A DNA stretch of 64,000 bases from Mobula hypostoma (GCF_963921235.1 NC_086107.1:99016001-99080000), one strand, 5' to 3'; shown: positions 36,640 to 50,834, numbered from the stretch's first letter. Notes: generated from the sequence alone by a model not told the origin. Made by a program: numbers and translations.

Positions 36640-38989
36640 GTGTGTTTGTGGGTGGGGAGTGAGTGTGTGCGATGAGTGTGAATTGTGAGTGAGTGTGAGT
36701 GGTGAGTGTACATAGTGGGCAAGGGCAGTGATGAGTTGGCGTAAGGGGAAGGGCTTATTTGTGGAATAAGTGTGCAAGTGCTGGATGTGTGTGTCAGCCG
36801 CAGAGTGGAAAACGTGGGTGTGGAGAGTGAGCACAGGTTGCGGAATTCAGGAGAAGGTTTTGCAATAGACCTGCAAGTGTAGAGCTGGTTTAGAAGCAGA
36901 GAGTTAACGTGAGTGTGGGGGTGCAGAGATGAAATAGGCAGGGTAACAATGTGAGTGTGGAATTGATGGGTGAGAACTGATGAGGGGCAGGAGTGGCCTC
37001 GGCCAAGGACGTGTACCCACGTGGAATGTGTGTGTATGAGTGTACATGGGCATGCAAGGAACGGACGTGCGGCCACGGAGTGAGTGTACGTGGAGTGAGT
37101 AGTGAACTGGGTGCGCTGAGTTGGTGTGCCCCTGGGCAAAGGTGGTGGGGCGCGGAGGCTCTGCGTCCGGGACTGTCCTCCATGACTGAACGGTAAAGAT
37201 AGAATACACAGACCATAAACCGCAGAGTCTCCCAAAGGGAGACCACAGCCGCAGGGCCCGCCCAATGCTGCAGCCAGTCCTGCAGCCTGAAGGCAGCATT
37301 CCACAGCCACGGAGCCAGGTTCAGTGCTGAGGTGAGTGCCGATGGCCCCAGGCCACAGCAGCAGAGCCAGTTCAACACGGAGGCGAGCAAGACCTCACAG
37401 AGTACTGAGCCAAACACCCGTTCGTCATTTGTCCTCGATCTCGATGCTTACATCTGGCTCGGTGCTTAAATCGGCTGAAAATCGGTTCGTTTTCCACCCT
37501 CGGTCCCGGGCCCCGTTGCTTCATTCCGGCCCGAAGTTTCAGACCAGCCTGAAATTTCAATGCAGCCCAAACTCCACCCCAGCAATGGCCGCCTCAGGCA
37601 TACCTGCATTCTCGAAAGTCCATCTCCCCGAATCCTTCAGGATGCTGCAAAAAAGCCAGGATGTACAGACAGTTCAGAAGCACGACTCCCAAAGGGAAAT
37701 TACAGATTGCAGTGATTGTAGTGCAGACAAAAATACTTAATAGAATAGTTACAGAGCCAGCAACGGCCTAATGAGATGGCAGCTTCACTTGTGGATTCGC
37801 TGCTGCCTTCTCAAACTTCCCGGTTGGAGATTCCGGTGCTCCATTGATTCACCTGGGCAACCCACTACGAGAGGCCCAGAGCTGTGATCAGCACCATGGC
37901 AACCGATTGATGGGGGAGGGGGGGCGGAATAAAAGGCTTTGGCAGCAACGGCCTGACAATAACTTGTTACCAGGGGCGAGGACCAACAGAAATTTGACCA
38001 ACCACATGGGGGGGGCAAAGAGCAACTGGCCAGAGGAGCCACTCCTGACCTCACCCCCTCACCAGCAACAAGGAAGCTAATGGGGGTGGCAGGTAGGCAA
38101 TGTGTCTGGGGGAAGGGTTGCAGCCGGACTGGCAAAAGGGCTGGGGAAGGGTTTTTGATGGACTGGGAGAAGGGCTTAGGGTATAGTGGGAAAAGTTTTG
38201 GGGATGGATTGTCCAAAGGGCCTGGGGATCGAATGGGGGAAGATTTCAGGGATGAACTGGGGGCAAGGGTTTTAGGTGGACTGGGGGAAGTATTTAAGAC
38301 AGACTGGGTAAAGTTTTGGGGACAGATTGGGGTAAGGACCTGGAGATGGTAGCTATCGTCAAAAGACATGCCCTCTAGTGCAGTCAGCATCCTGGTAAAT
38401 CTTCTCTAAAGCTTCCACATCCTTCCTGTAATGAAGCGACCGGAACAATGTTATTAATATTCCAAGTGTTGTCTAACCAATGCTTTATAGAGCTGTAATA
38501 TCACCTTGTGGCTCTGGAACTCAATCCCCCGACTAATGAAGGCCAACACGCTGTACGTCTTCTTAACCACACTATCGACTTGTGTGGCAACTTTGAGGGA
38601 TCTATTGACCCAAGATCCTCTGTTCTTCCACACCGCCAAGAGTCCTGCCATTAACCCTGTATTCTGCCTTCAGATTCGGCCTTCCAACGTGAATCGTTTC
38701 ACACTTCTCTGGGTTGATCTCCACCTGCCACTTCTCAGCCCAGCTCTGCATCCTATCGATGTCCCGTTGTAACCTTCTACACTATCGTCAAATCTACCAA
38801 ACTTCATGTCGTCTGCAAACTTACTAACCCACCCTTCCATTTTCTCATCTGAGTCATTTATAAGAACCACAGAGAGCAGGAATCCCTGCGGACCACCACT
38901 GGTCCCTGAACTCCAAGCAGATACGTTTCATCTACAACTACCCTCTGCCTTCTGTGGTCAAGCCAATCCTGAATCCATGCAGCCATGTT

Positions 38990-41079
38990 AAAAGAATAAA
39001 TGCCATGGCAAAAGAATAAATCAAGGAAGGTAGTGCACCCGTGGCTAACAAGGGAAATTAGGGATAGTATCAATTCCAAAGAAGAAGCATACAAATTAGC
39101 CAGAGAAAGTGGCTCACCTGAGGACTGGGAGAAATTCAGAGTTCAGCAGAGGAGGACAAAGGGCTTAATTAGGAAGGGGAAAAAAGATTATGAGAGAAAA
39201 CTGGCAGGGAACATAAAAACTGACTGTAAAAGCTTTTATAGATATGTGAAAAGAAAAAGATTGGTTAAGATAAATGTAGGTCCCCTACAGACAGAAACAG
39301 GTGAATTGATTGTGGGGAGCAAGGACATGGCAGACCAATTGAATAATTACTTTGGTTCTGTCTTGACTAAGGAGGACATAAATAATCTTCCGGAAATAGT
39401 AGGGGACAGAGGGTCCAGTGAGATGGAGGAACTGAGGGAAATACATGTTAGTAGGGAAGTGGTGTTAGGTAAATTGAAGGGATTAAAGGCAGATAAATCC
39501 CCAGGGCCAGATGGTCTGCATCCCAGAGTGCTTAAGGAAGTAGCCCAAGAAATAGTGGATGCATTAGTGATAATTTTTCAAAACTCTTTAGATTCTGGAC
39601 TAGTTCCTGAGATTTGGAGGGTGGCTAATGTAATCCCACTTTTTAAAAAAGGAGGGAGAGAGAAACCAGGGAATTATAGACTGGTTAGCCTAACATCGGT
39701 GGTGGGGAAACTGCTGGAGTCAGTTATCAAAGGTGTGATAACAGCACATTTGGAAAGCGGTGAAATCATCGGACAAAGTCAGCATGGGTTTGTGAAAGGA
39801 AAATCATGTCTGACAAATCTCATAGAATTTTTTGAGGATGTAACTAGTAGAGTGGATAGGGGAGAACCAGTGGATGTGGTATATTTGGATTTTCAAAAGG
39901 CTTTTGACAAGGTCCCACACAGGAGATTGGTGTGCAAACTTAAAGCACATGGTATTGAGGGTAAGGTATTGATGTGGATGGAGAATTGGTTGGCAGACAG
40001 GAAGCAAAGAATGGGAATAAACGGGACCTTTTCAGAATGGCAGGCGGTGACTAGTGGGGTACCGCAAGGCTCAGTGCTGGGACCCCAGTTGTTTACAATA
40101 TATATTAATGACTTGGATGGGGGAATTAAATGCAGCATCTCCAAGTTTACGGATGACATGAAGCTGGGCGGCAGTGTTAGCTGTGAGGAGGATGCTAAGA
40201 GGATGCAGAGTGACTTGGATAGGTTGGGTGAGTGGGCAAATTCATGGCAGATGCAATTTAATGTGGATAAATGTGAAGTTATCCACTTTGGTGGCAAAAA
40301 TAGGAAAACAGATTATTATCTGAATGGTGGCCGATCAGGAAAAGGGGAGGTGCAACGAGACCTGGGTGTCATTATACACCAGTCATTGAAAGTGGGCATG
40401 CAGGTACAGCAGGCGGTGAAAAAGGCGAATGGTATGCTGGCATTTATAGCAAGAGGATTCGAGTACAGGAGCAGGGAGGTACTACTGCAGTTGTACAAGG
40501 CCTTGGTGAGACCACACCTGGAGTATTGTGTGCAGTTTTGGTCCCCTAATCTGAGGAAAGACATCCTTGCCATAGTGGGGGTACAAAGAAGGTTCACCAG
40601 ATTGATTCTTGGGATGGCAGGACTTTCATATGATGAAAGACTGGATGAACTGGGCTTATACTCGTTGGAATTTAGAAGATTGAGGGGGGGATCTGATTGA
40701 AACTTATAAAATCCTAAAGAGATTGGACAGGCTAGATGCAGGAAGATTGTTCCCGATGTTGGGGAAGTCCAGAGCGAGGGGTCACAGTTTGAGGATAAAG
40801 GGGAAGCCTTTTAGGACCGAGATTAGGAAAAACTTCTTCACACAGAGAGTGGTGAATCTGTGGAATTCTCTGCCACAGGAAACAGTTGAGGCCAGTTAAT
40901 TGGCTATATTTAAGAGGGAGTTAGATATGGCCCTTGTGGCTAAAGGGATCAGGGGATATGGAGGGAAGGCTGGTGCAGGGTTCTGAGTTGGATGATCAGC
41001 CATGATCATACTGAATGGCGGTGCAGGCTTGAAGGGCCGAATGGCCTACTCCTGCACCTATTTTCTATGTTTCTATGTT
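38990..41079 (+). mobile_element. Young 5'-truncated CR1 LINE with a 566-aa open RT frame
   Basis: ORF 39000-40700 has YLDFQKAFDKVPH, GVPQGSVLGPQLF and KFTDDMKL, with a frameshift at the G-run ~40685. (TTCTATGT)2 tail; ATGTT at both junctions. Confidence 0.95.
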
Positions 41080-41236
41080 TCCCTGGATCCCGTGCCTCCT
41101 GACTCTCTGAATGACCCTATCATAGGGAACCTTATCAAACACCTGACTAAAATCCATATTCACCACATCCATTGCTCTACCTTCATCAACGTGCTTTGTC
41201 ACATCCTCAGAGAATTCAAACAGACCCATGAGGCAT

Positions 41237-41670
41237 GACCATAAGATATAGGAACAGAATTAGACCATTTGGCCCAATGAGTCTGCTCTGCCATTTCACC
41301 AAGGGTGATCCATTTCCCTCCCAACCCCATTCTCCTGCCTTCTCCCCATATCCCCTGATGCCTTGACTAATCAAGAATCTATCAACCTCTGCTTTAAATA
41401 TACCCAATGACTTGGCCTCCACAGCCACCTGTGGCAACAAATTGCACAGATCCATTAGCTAAAGAAATTGCTCCTCATTTCTGTTCTAAAAGAACACTCT
41501 CTATTCTGAGGCCGTGTCCTCTGGTCTTAGACTCTCCTACCATGGGAAACATCCTCTCCACATCCACTCTCCTGGGGCCTTCCAACATCCGATAGCTTTC
41601 AATGAGGTCACCCCCCTCATTCTTCTGAATTCCAGTGAGTAGAGGCCCAGAGCCATCAAACACTCCTCAT
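41237..41670 (-). mobile_element. CR1 3' end nested in older CR1
   Basis: Reverse tail CCATAAGATATAGG; ORFs 41216-41455 and 41475-41663. Confidence 0.8.
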
Positions 41671-42624
41671 AGGACATGCTGACTGTCTCTGATCAGACTG
41701 TGTTTCTCCAAATGCTTGTAAATCCTGTCTCTGAGGAATTTCTCCAAAAATTTTACCACCGCTGAAGTAAGACTCGCTGGTTCCCAGGGTTATCCCTGTT
41801 CCCTTTCTGGAACAAAGGAATAAAATTTGCCACCCTCCAATCATCAGGTACTGCCATTGTGGCCAGTGATGAAGCAAAGATCATCGCCAATGGTCCAACA
41901 ATCTCTTTCCTCACTTCCCGTAGTATCCCATCTGATCTTGGGGATTTATTTACCCCAATGGTTTTCAAAGTTCCAATCCTTCCTCTTTAACATCGACATA
42001 GACTGAGGAAGATTTTGGGGACAGTTTGAGGTAAAGGCCAGGGGGTGGAGTGGGGATGTTTGGGGAAACAGAATGGGTGCGGGAAAGGGGTTGGAGACCG
42101 ATCGAGGGAAGTATTTGGGGGCGGACTAGGGGAAGGGTTTAGGATAGACTTAGAAAGGTTCTGGTGACAGACAGGGATTTTAGACGGACCAGGGGAAGGG
42201 TTTAGGATGGACTGGGAAAGGTTCTGGTGACAGACAGGGATTTTAGACGGACCAGGGGAAGGGTTTGGGTGGGCTGAGGAAGGAGTTAAGACAAATCGGA
42301 TGGGAAAGATCTAGAGACAGTCTGGGGAAATGTTAGCTTGTTTCCTGCTTGGGTTCCCCGTGAACCAGCTCACTAATTATACCATGAGCTTAAACCCTGC
42401 CTGGTGCTTACGTTTCCATGGTGATCTGCTCACTTAGCTTGCTCGTTTTCTGTAAATAATCTCCGCCTTTCCCTTAACCCCTTGCATTCTGCAGGCTGCA
42501 AGTCCTACTCACAATTCGAGTTGTGTCAAGACCCTCGAATCAACCCCTCTCTCCAGGCAGGTGAGTATCCTGCATCTGAACTAACACCCCTGGAACTGCA
42601 GAGGAACTATAGAACTACTGTCCT

Positions 42625-42885
42625 TAAATTTTATTTGTTGAGCTACAGCGTGGAATAGGCCCTTTTTGATTTAACCCTAGCCTAATCACGGGACAATTTA
42701 CAATGCCCAACTAACCTAGCAGTTGGTACATCTTTGGACTCTGGGAGGAAACTGGAGCACCCGGAGGAAATCTGTGAGGCCACAGGGAGAACATATGAAC
42801 TCCTTACGGACAGTGGCAGGAATTGAACCCCGGGTCGCCCGTACTGCAAAGCGCTGTGCTGGCCACTACGCTACCGTGCCGCCCC
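42625..42885 (-). mobile_element. HE1-like V-domain SINE
   Basis: Reverse head GGCACGGTAGCGTAGTGG, B box GGTTCAATTCC and V-domain. Confidence 0.8.
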
Positions 42886-42892
42886 AGTGGAG

Positions 42893-43560
42893 GTCACAAG
42901 ATCACAAGACAAAGGAGCAGAAGTAGGCCATTCGGCCCATCGAGTCTGCTCCGCCACTCCACCATGAGCTAAACTATTCTCCCATCTAGTTCCAATTTCT
43001 GGCTTTTTCCCCATATCCCTTGATACCCTCACTAATTAGATACCTACCAATCTCCTCCTTAAACACCCTCAATGATCAGGCCTCCACAGCTGTATGTGGC
43101 AACGAATTCCATAAATCCATGACCCTCTGGCTGAAAAAATTTCTCCTCATCTCTGTTGTAAATGGGTACCCTCTAATTCTAAGACTGTGGCCTCTTGTCC
43201 TGGACTCACCCACCAAGGGAAACAGCCTTTCCACATCTACTCTGTCCAACCCTTTCAACATTCCAAATGTTTCTATGAGATCCCCCCTCATTCTTCTATA
43301 CTCTAATGAGTACAGTCCAAGAGCCGACAAATGCTCCTCATATGTGAGCCCCTGCATTCCAGGAATCATCCTCGTAAATCTTCTCTGAACTCCCTCCAAG
43401 ATCAGTACATCTCTTCTAAGATAGGGGGCCCAAAACTGCACACAGTGTTCCAAATGAGGTCTCACCAATGCCCCATAGAGCCTCATCAACACCTCCTTAC
43501 TCTTATACACTATTCCTCTTGAAATGAATGCCAACATAGCATCCGCTTTCCTTACTGCCC
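42893..43560 (-). mobile_element. CR1 3' end
   Basis: ORF 43076-43843 C-terminal half reads RKADAMLAFISRG...RNFFSQRVMDLWNSLP. Tail is (TCTTGTGA)n. Confidence 0.9.
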
Positions 43561-44029
43561 CTGGGGAGAATTGGTCTTTCTCCCTGGACCTCTGTCTGTG
43601 GGCCACCAGGGTAAAAGGCCAAGGCTGCAGCTGAGAGCGGGCGAGATGGAACCCAGGAGGTGTGTAGGGTTGGCGGGTGAAGATGGCCCATCGGGGAGGG
43701 CAGCCACAGGACCATCCAAAGCTTTGACCCCCTCGAAGCCCCGCATGGAGGGAGGGGCTGGTTCGCGGGTCTTGACGCAAAGTCTGGAGTGTGTGGGGAA
43801 CCCAGGAACGACACTGCTCTGTCTGTGTGGGCCGGTGACCCACAGCTCACAGCTGCGGGCCGGACACGCAACAATTAGTCTCTCACGCCCACAGCCGGAA
43901 TTAAAGCAAGTACGTCATATTCGGCGATGAAGGGTCTGCTGCTTCTGGGAGTGTCGTGCACTGAAGGGCAAACGGGAGGTGGGTGAGAGACTGCCCTTGT
44001 GTACCGCCCATCACCAACCACACCTGACC

Positions 44030-44325
44030 ACCAGAGATTCTGCAGATGCTGGAAATCCAGAGCAACGCACACAAAATGCTGGGCAGGCCAGGCAGCATCT
44101 ATAGAAATAAATAAAGGATCAACATTTGAGGCCAAGAGCCTTCGTCAGGACTTGTGGGGCAGGGGGAAGGGTGAATTGTAATGGGCTCCGGTCAGTGGAC
44201 CACCCACTATCATCTGTACTTCTTTTTCCTCCCATCCTACCGAAGTGTCTCGGTCTGAAACGCTGACCGTACTTTTCTCTGTAGATGCTGCTGAGTTCCT
44301 CCAGCATTGTGTGTGTCTGCAGATT
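44030..44325. mobile_element. Inverted pair of Penelope-like termini
   Basis: GATTCTGCAGATGCTGG...CACACAAAATGCTGG is mirrored by CCAGCATTGTGTG...CTGCAGA. Confidence 0.65.
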
Positions 44326-46574
44326 CTGTACACGGCTGGTGTTTCCTTATATTCCCATTAACCCCCTCACAGTGTTCTATTCTCAGCCGGCGTCACTTTC
44401 ATGATCTTGATGGGTCTGGAGATCAGAGGTGAACTGAACTGCCTGGAAGCTGCCAGGTCATAGGTGTGTCAGAACAGGCTGCCCCAAGGTGGGGGTGAAC
44501 ATCGTCCGGACCAGGACTGGGGCTCGGTCCAACACTCAGGCCCTTTGCTGCCACTTGCTTGGGTCTGTCCTTTCCCCGACCCTGGTGAGGAAGTCATCTT
44601 GGTGAATGACCATGCTGGGGAGTTACAGGGAGGACATGGAGGAATCACCCACGAGTTCCACTCAGGGTGAGGGTTGCTTATTGTTAGTATGAACTTTGGT
44701 TTTCAGTTTAGCCCCCGTGCTGTTACTGAGGGCAGAGGTAATCTCATCCACCAGCATTAACATTGTAGTGACCATTATCGAGTTGCCTACGATGTTCTCC
44801 TAAGGAGTTGCCTATGATGTTCTCCTCAGGGGTTGTCTATTGGTGGCTCCTCAGGTGGTTGTCGAGGCGATCTGGATCCATATATTGTGGTGCGGTGTGG
44901 ACAATGGTACGTGGCGGCTGGGTCTTTAGGTTGTTCAGTCTCCCTTTTCACAGCCACTGCTTGTACTCTGTGGCATAGCAGAGGTCACTGTCTTGTGCAG
45001 CTCCCTCTTGAACAAGTTTCCTCTGGGTCTACCTATTGAGCGCAGGCCAGATTTTAGAAGTAGCGTTGAATTTCTTCAGGCTAACTGTGGTGTTTCTTTT
45101 CCCCACCAGGCGCTTACTGACTCCTTCATCTGGGAGTAAAGGATGTTCTTGGGGAGACACGAGTTGGGCACCTGGATGATAAGACTTACCTGTAGCATTA
45201 AAAGGACGATGGGGTACAGGGATTTGATTTGACGCGTTGGGTTTGGGATTGCTTAACCCCAGTGCGGACATTGCTTCTGGGCACACCTGGGGCTGCCCCA
45301 GCTTTGCCCTTCCCTAGTGAAAGCAGGAAGTGCTTCTCACCACTGAGTACATTTACACTGCCACAAGAAAGCAGCCCCCCACCACCCCCCCCCACCATCC
45401 AGGCCATGCCCTCTTCACGCAACTACCACTGGGCAGAACTTACAGAGACCTTATTTCCCACACTGCCAGGTTCAGGAACAGTTATTACCCTACAACCATC
45501 AGGCTGCTGAACTGACTGAACTTCAACCATCTCAACTCTGAACCGATTCTACAGATTACCAAGAACTCTTTTACAACTCATGATCTGACCATTATTTTTT
45601 CATTTGCACAGTCTGCCTCCTTATGCACATTTGTTTACGCATTTTTTTTTGCAAATCCCATTGTATTTCTTCCCCCCTCCCGCAAATGCCTGCAAGAAAA
45701 TGTAGTATATGGTAACATACATTTACTTTAAGTTTTCAAGTGTTGGAGATACTTTGCAGGCCGGGCAGTATCTGTGGAATGAAGGAACTGGCTTCATATT
45801 TTAGCTCAAAAACTAATTGAGTGGGAAGGATGGGCTTCGAAGTGTGTTGGTAAACCTGAAGTCGGGCAGGTGATCTCCTTGTGTTGCATGGTCAAGCTCT
45901 TCAGTTTTATCTCAGTGCAAAAAAGCTAGAGGTTCTCCTCCAGCCACTCGCAGGTCTGAAAATTGAAATCCTCACCGAGGACTTCTGATGAAAACAAGAC
46001 CACAGGCCTATATACTGAAACTCCCCAAGCCATCCCTGTTGTGATTAAATCCTCCTATACCAAACCCGATGAAGACTGAAATCTTCCAGAGCCAGCGTCA
46101 GTATCCCCTCAAATATTTGCACGCTTGCCTCGTCAAAGTGCTACTGAACACGGTTGAGTCCTGAGTCACCATTTGAGGAAGATTCCACTTGGCACCGCAG
46201 GGTCCAGGACCAAATGCAGTGGACCCTGCGGGCTTCCCATACGCACCTGAGCACCGTCTCCAGTGGGTCTGTTCCACCGGCATTCTGGGGCGTATGGGGA
46301 GGTTGTCACGGAAGAGGGGAAGGAATGGTGGGCATGACCATTGGGTTGTTGGTTGCCTTGCCCAGTGTGACCACAAGTTCTGGATATTCAGGAGGACCTG
46401 GCGTTCAGGGGTAGCTCCATCATACACATGTGTAGCCCAGCCAGGCACGGACACAGAATCCCCTAGGAATTTACTGATGAACCAATTGTGTTCTCAGTAA
46501 AAGGCCCGCGTGGTTACGGTCACTGGTATGTTATATTGATTTTTACTTCATCGTCTGAAAAATACAGAAGATAG

Positions 46575-46800
46575 GGTACTGCAGATGCTGGAACGTGGAG
46601 AGAGAACCAAACTGCTGGAAGATCTCTGCAGGTCAAGCGGCATCCATGGAAGGAAATAGACGGATGCCTTCTCCGGTTGAGAACCTTCAGCCAGGCTGAT
46701 GCAATCTTGAATGAAGGGGCTTGACCTGAAATGTTGACCGTCTATTTCCCTGCGCAGATGCTGCCTGACCTGCTGAGTTGCTCTGGCAGTGTGCTTGTCG
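46575..46800. mobile_element. Older inverted pair of Penelope-like termini
   Basis: CTGCAGATGCTGG...GCAGGTCAAGCGGCATC is mirrored by GATGCTGCCTGACCTGC. Confidence 0.55.
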
Positions 46801-47814
46801 CTTTGACGAATGTTGCACGTTGGAATTTTCACCTATATTCTTTGGACTCATGACCACAAGGAAACAAACTCAAGCATACAGTCACCATGTGGTAGCGATT
46901 CCGATTCTGATTCATTTATTTCTCACACGTACGTACACCGAGATAGACCCTGAAATGCATCGTTTGCATGAACAGACAACACAACGTTAAGGGTGTGCTG
47001 GGGGCAGCACATAAGTGTCACCAGGCATTCTGACGGCAATGTAGCACATCTACAACGTTCGGCAGAACAACCACGAACAACAACAGCACAAAAACAGCCA
47101 AACCAGCCTCTTTCCTCCCACCCACCCAGACCGGGCTCTGATCCCAGGGCAGGCCACCTTCGGGTGCTCAACCTCCAGTGGGCTTGTGGATTTTGCAGAT
47201 TTGTAGACATTGGGCCTCTGACTACTGGACACGCCAACCCCGAGCTTTTACCATCGGGCCTCCGATTTCTGGACATGTCAAACCAGAACTTCGGCCTTCA
47301 GGACTCTGACCCCCATACACGCCAACACTGAGGTTTGACCATTGGGCCTCTAAACTCTGGACATACCAACCCAGACCTTTGACCATTGATCCTCAACGAC
47401 TTCAGTCTTTGATCTCAGGCTTTGATCTTTGGGATCAACCTCAGGACTTGCCAATCACAGGACCCCAAATTCCAGGCCTCAAACTCAGGACGGATGGACC
47501 TGCGACCCTAGGACACACTGATCTGGGGTGGGGTGGGGGCGGGGGTCACCGGCCCTTGTCCATGGAGCCCACCGACCTTGGTCAGTATCCATGGGAATCG
47601 CTGCTCACTCGCTCATTATCTCTTTTACCCCCCTTTCTCAAACTCTCCTTGCCCTCTCTCGCTCCTGTTCCCAGTCTCTTACGCCCCCTTGACCCCCCAC
47701 CCCCTGTGTCATGCTCACCTTTGTGCACTTGATCACCGAGATCACACTGGATCCCTGAACCAGCTGTTGGACTCTCCCCACACGGTAAGCAGCTCATGTT
47801 GTCAACATTTCTTG

Positions 47815-47895
47815 CTTATTTATTTATTTATGTATTTATTTATTTATGTATTTATTATTATTATTATTATTATTGTTATTATTATTATTATTTCT
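47815..47895. repeat. (TTTA)n/(TAT)n microsatellite
   Basis: Direct read. Confidence 0.9.
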
Positions 47896-48324
47896 TTCTT
47901 TTTGTATCTTCACAGTTTGTTGTCTTTTGCACACTGGTTGAATGCCCAAGTTGGGGTGGTCTTTCATTGATTCTGTTAGGGTTATTATTCTATGGATTTA
48001 TTAAGTATGCCCACAAGAAAATGAGTCTTGGGGTTGTATAGGGTGACATATATGTATAGGGTGATATATATGTACTTTGATAATACATTTTTGAGCTTGG
48101 AAGTTTGAAGAACAGCAGACACTTGGTTGAAATATAGTATCCGTTATTGTTGCACTGTTGTAACTATATGTTATAATTATGTGGTTTTTGTCAGTTTTTC
48201 AGTCTTGGTCTGTCCTGTGTTTTGTGATATCACACCAGAGGAATATTGTAACATTTCTTAATGCATGCATTACTAAATGACAATAAAAGAGGACTACGTG
48301 TCTTCATAATCTAAAATATTCGTG

Positions 48325-48612
48325 GACGCCATAGTAGTGTAGCAGTTAGCGCGACAGTATTATAGTTTGGGGCAACGGAGTTCAAAGTTCAGTCCTGGTT
48401 CCTCTGTAAGGAGTTTGTACGTCCTCCTTGTGAAATGTGTGGGGTTCCTCTGAATGCTCCAGTTTCCTGCCACGTTCCAAACAGATACCAGGTAGTAGTT
48501 TAATTATCAAATGTCCCATGATTAGTCTAGGGTTAAATTGGGGGTTGCTGGTGATGCAGCTCAACAGATTCTATACACTCTTAGAATAAACTGTATCTCT
48601 GAATAAAATAAA
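48325..48612 (+). mobile_element. HE1-like V-domain SINE
   Basis: tRNA-like head followed by GGAGTTTGTACGTCCTCC...CCAGTTTCCTGCCAC and an A-rich tail. Confidence 0.65.
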
Positions 48613-49261
48613 AAATATTTTCTGCAAGGGCACGGGCTACCCAGAGCAACAAGGATTAAAAACCAAATTCACAGCCCCACAACCATACTGCCCAATATCC
48701 CCACCACAACTGTCCTACCACTTCTGCCCCACTGACCCTTCATGTACCCACCACAATCCCCACCCCCTGACCCTCACGACCCCCACCCTTCTTTCCCCAC
48801 CAGTCCACCAACATTCCTACCACTGTCCTAACACCAATGTCCCACCAACATAGTCCTATTTCACCCCCACAAACACCTCCACTACCACTGCCACCACCTT
48901 CCTCATTCCACAAGTCCCACCCCATCACATCCTCACCTCTACTCTTCCAGCCCACAGTCCCAACACCATTGTCCCCACCAACATTCCAACTAAGACCCAC
49001 ACTACGATCATCCCACAACTCCCACTGCTGTCCCAACCCACCAGTGTCCTACCACCACCACCGTCTTGTTGCACGTCCACCCATGCCTCCTCCATCATTG
49101 TCCCAGAGCCGTCCCTCTGTCTTCTCACCACGGCCCCTTCACCAACACCTCCCAAATCCACTGTCATAGCCCAAATCCACTGCCATAGCTCAAATCCACC
49201 ATCCACACATCCCACCATCACCATCCTCACCATCACTACCCCCCACCATCCCTGACCCCAA

Positions 49262-50565
49262 TCCGTCACTACCCCATTCCATCACTACCCCGTTCCATCA
49301 CTACCCCCATTCCATCATTAATCCCCTACCATCACTACCCCCATTCCATCACTACCCCGTTCCATCACTACCCCCATTCCATCATTAATCCCCCACCATC
49401 ACTACCCCGTTCCATCACTACCCCATTCCATCATTAATCCCCCACCATCACTAACCCATTCCATCACTAACCCGTTCCATCACTACCCCATTCCATCACT
49501 ACCCCATTCCATCACTACCCCCATTCCGTCACTACCCCATTCCATCACCAACCCCATTCCAACATTACCCCATTCAATCACCAACCCCGTTCCATCACTA
49601 CCCCGTTCCATCACTACCCCATTCCATCACTACCCCATTCCGTCACTACCCCATTCCATCACTACCCCCATTCCGTCACTACCCCATTCCATCACCAACC
49701 CCGTTCCAACACTACCCCATTCAATCACCAACCCTGTTCCATCACTACCCCGTTCCATCACTACCCCATTCCATCACTACCCTGTTCCATCACTACCCCG
49801 TTCCATCACTACCCCATTCCATCACTACCCCGTTCCATCACTACCCCATTCCATCACTACCCTGTTCCATCACTACCCCGTTCCATCACTACCCCAATCC
49901 ATCACTACCCTGTTCCATCACTACCCCGCTCCATCACTACCCCATTCCATCACTACCCCACTCCATCACTACCCCGTTCCATCACTACCCCATTCCATCA
50001 CTACCCCGTTCCATCACTATCCCATTCCAACACTACCCCATTCCATCACTACCCCGTTCCATCACTACCCCAATCCATCACTACCCTGTTCCATCACTAC
50101 CCCGCTCCATCACTACCCCATTCCATCACTACCCCACTCCATCACTACCCCGTTCCATCACTACCCCATTCCATCACTACCCCGTTCCATCACTATCCCA
50201 TTCCAACACTACCCCATTCCATCACTACCCCGTTCCATCACTACCCCATTCCATCACTACCATGTTCCATCACTACCACATTCCATCACCAACCCCATTC
50301 CATCACTACCCCATTCCAACACTACCCCGTTCCATCACTACCCCATTCCATCACTACCCCGTTCCAACACTACCCCGTTCCATCACTACCCCGTTCCATC
50401 ACTACCCCGTTCCATCACTACCCCCATTCCACCACCAAACCCCATTCCATCATGAATCCCCCCATCATCACTGCCCCATTCCATCACTAACCCACCACCA
50501 TCCCTGCCCTCCATTCCATCAGTGCCTCCCATTCCATCACTACACTCCCCCCATTTCATCATCAC
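49262..50565. repeat. 16-bp minisatellite (CCATCACTACCCC[A/G]TT)n
   Basis: About 1.3 kb of tandem units, degenerate at both edges. Confidence 0.95.
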
Positions 50566-50834
50566 CCCCACCCAAGATCATTGCTCCACATAGAGCCATG
50601 GAAAGCTTCAAACTTCACTGAGTCTCCCTGCGGGTGAGCCTTCTGCCGTGTGGTGATCTGGGCCCAGACAAGCGACCTTGACAATGAAAGGAGGTTCCGC
50701 GGGGCCACAGAAGTAGAAAGAAGCAACTGCTGTCCAGACAGTTGGGGACAGACCAGCAGGCAGCGGGAGGCTGTAGTCAGATGTGGAAGACGCAGCAAGG
50801 CAAGGGCAAAGATATCGTGCAGACATTGTGCAGT

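Larger units (their letters stand above)
38365..41990 (-). mobile_element. Older minus-strand CR1 split by two nested CR1 inserts
   Basis: Reverse CR1 RT pieces at 38365-38989, 41080-41236 and ~41670-41990 are collinear (LVRQHLEY, SKFADDMK, DWRVANFIPLFQKG). Confidence 0.75.

Noticed and set aside
39000..40700. 566-aa ORF as a host gene or active LINE
   Set aside because: It is a 5'-truncated CR1 ORF2 with no endonuclease, a frameshift near 40685 and an altered FTDDM motif.
42331..42586. Solo-LTR candidate with TGTTAG...CTAACA ends
   Set aside because: No target-site duplication (GGAAA vs CCCCT) and no second copy in the window, so it is unsupported.
45186..45310. Minus-strand exon suggested by a strong CAG/GTAAGT donor (a similar site lies at ~3365)
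   Set aside because: No convincing acceptor or recognisable protein, and such motifs occur by chance.
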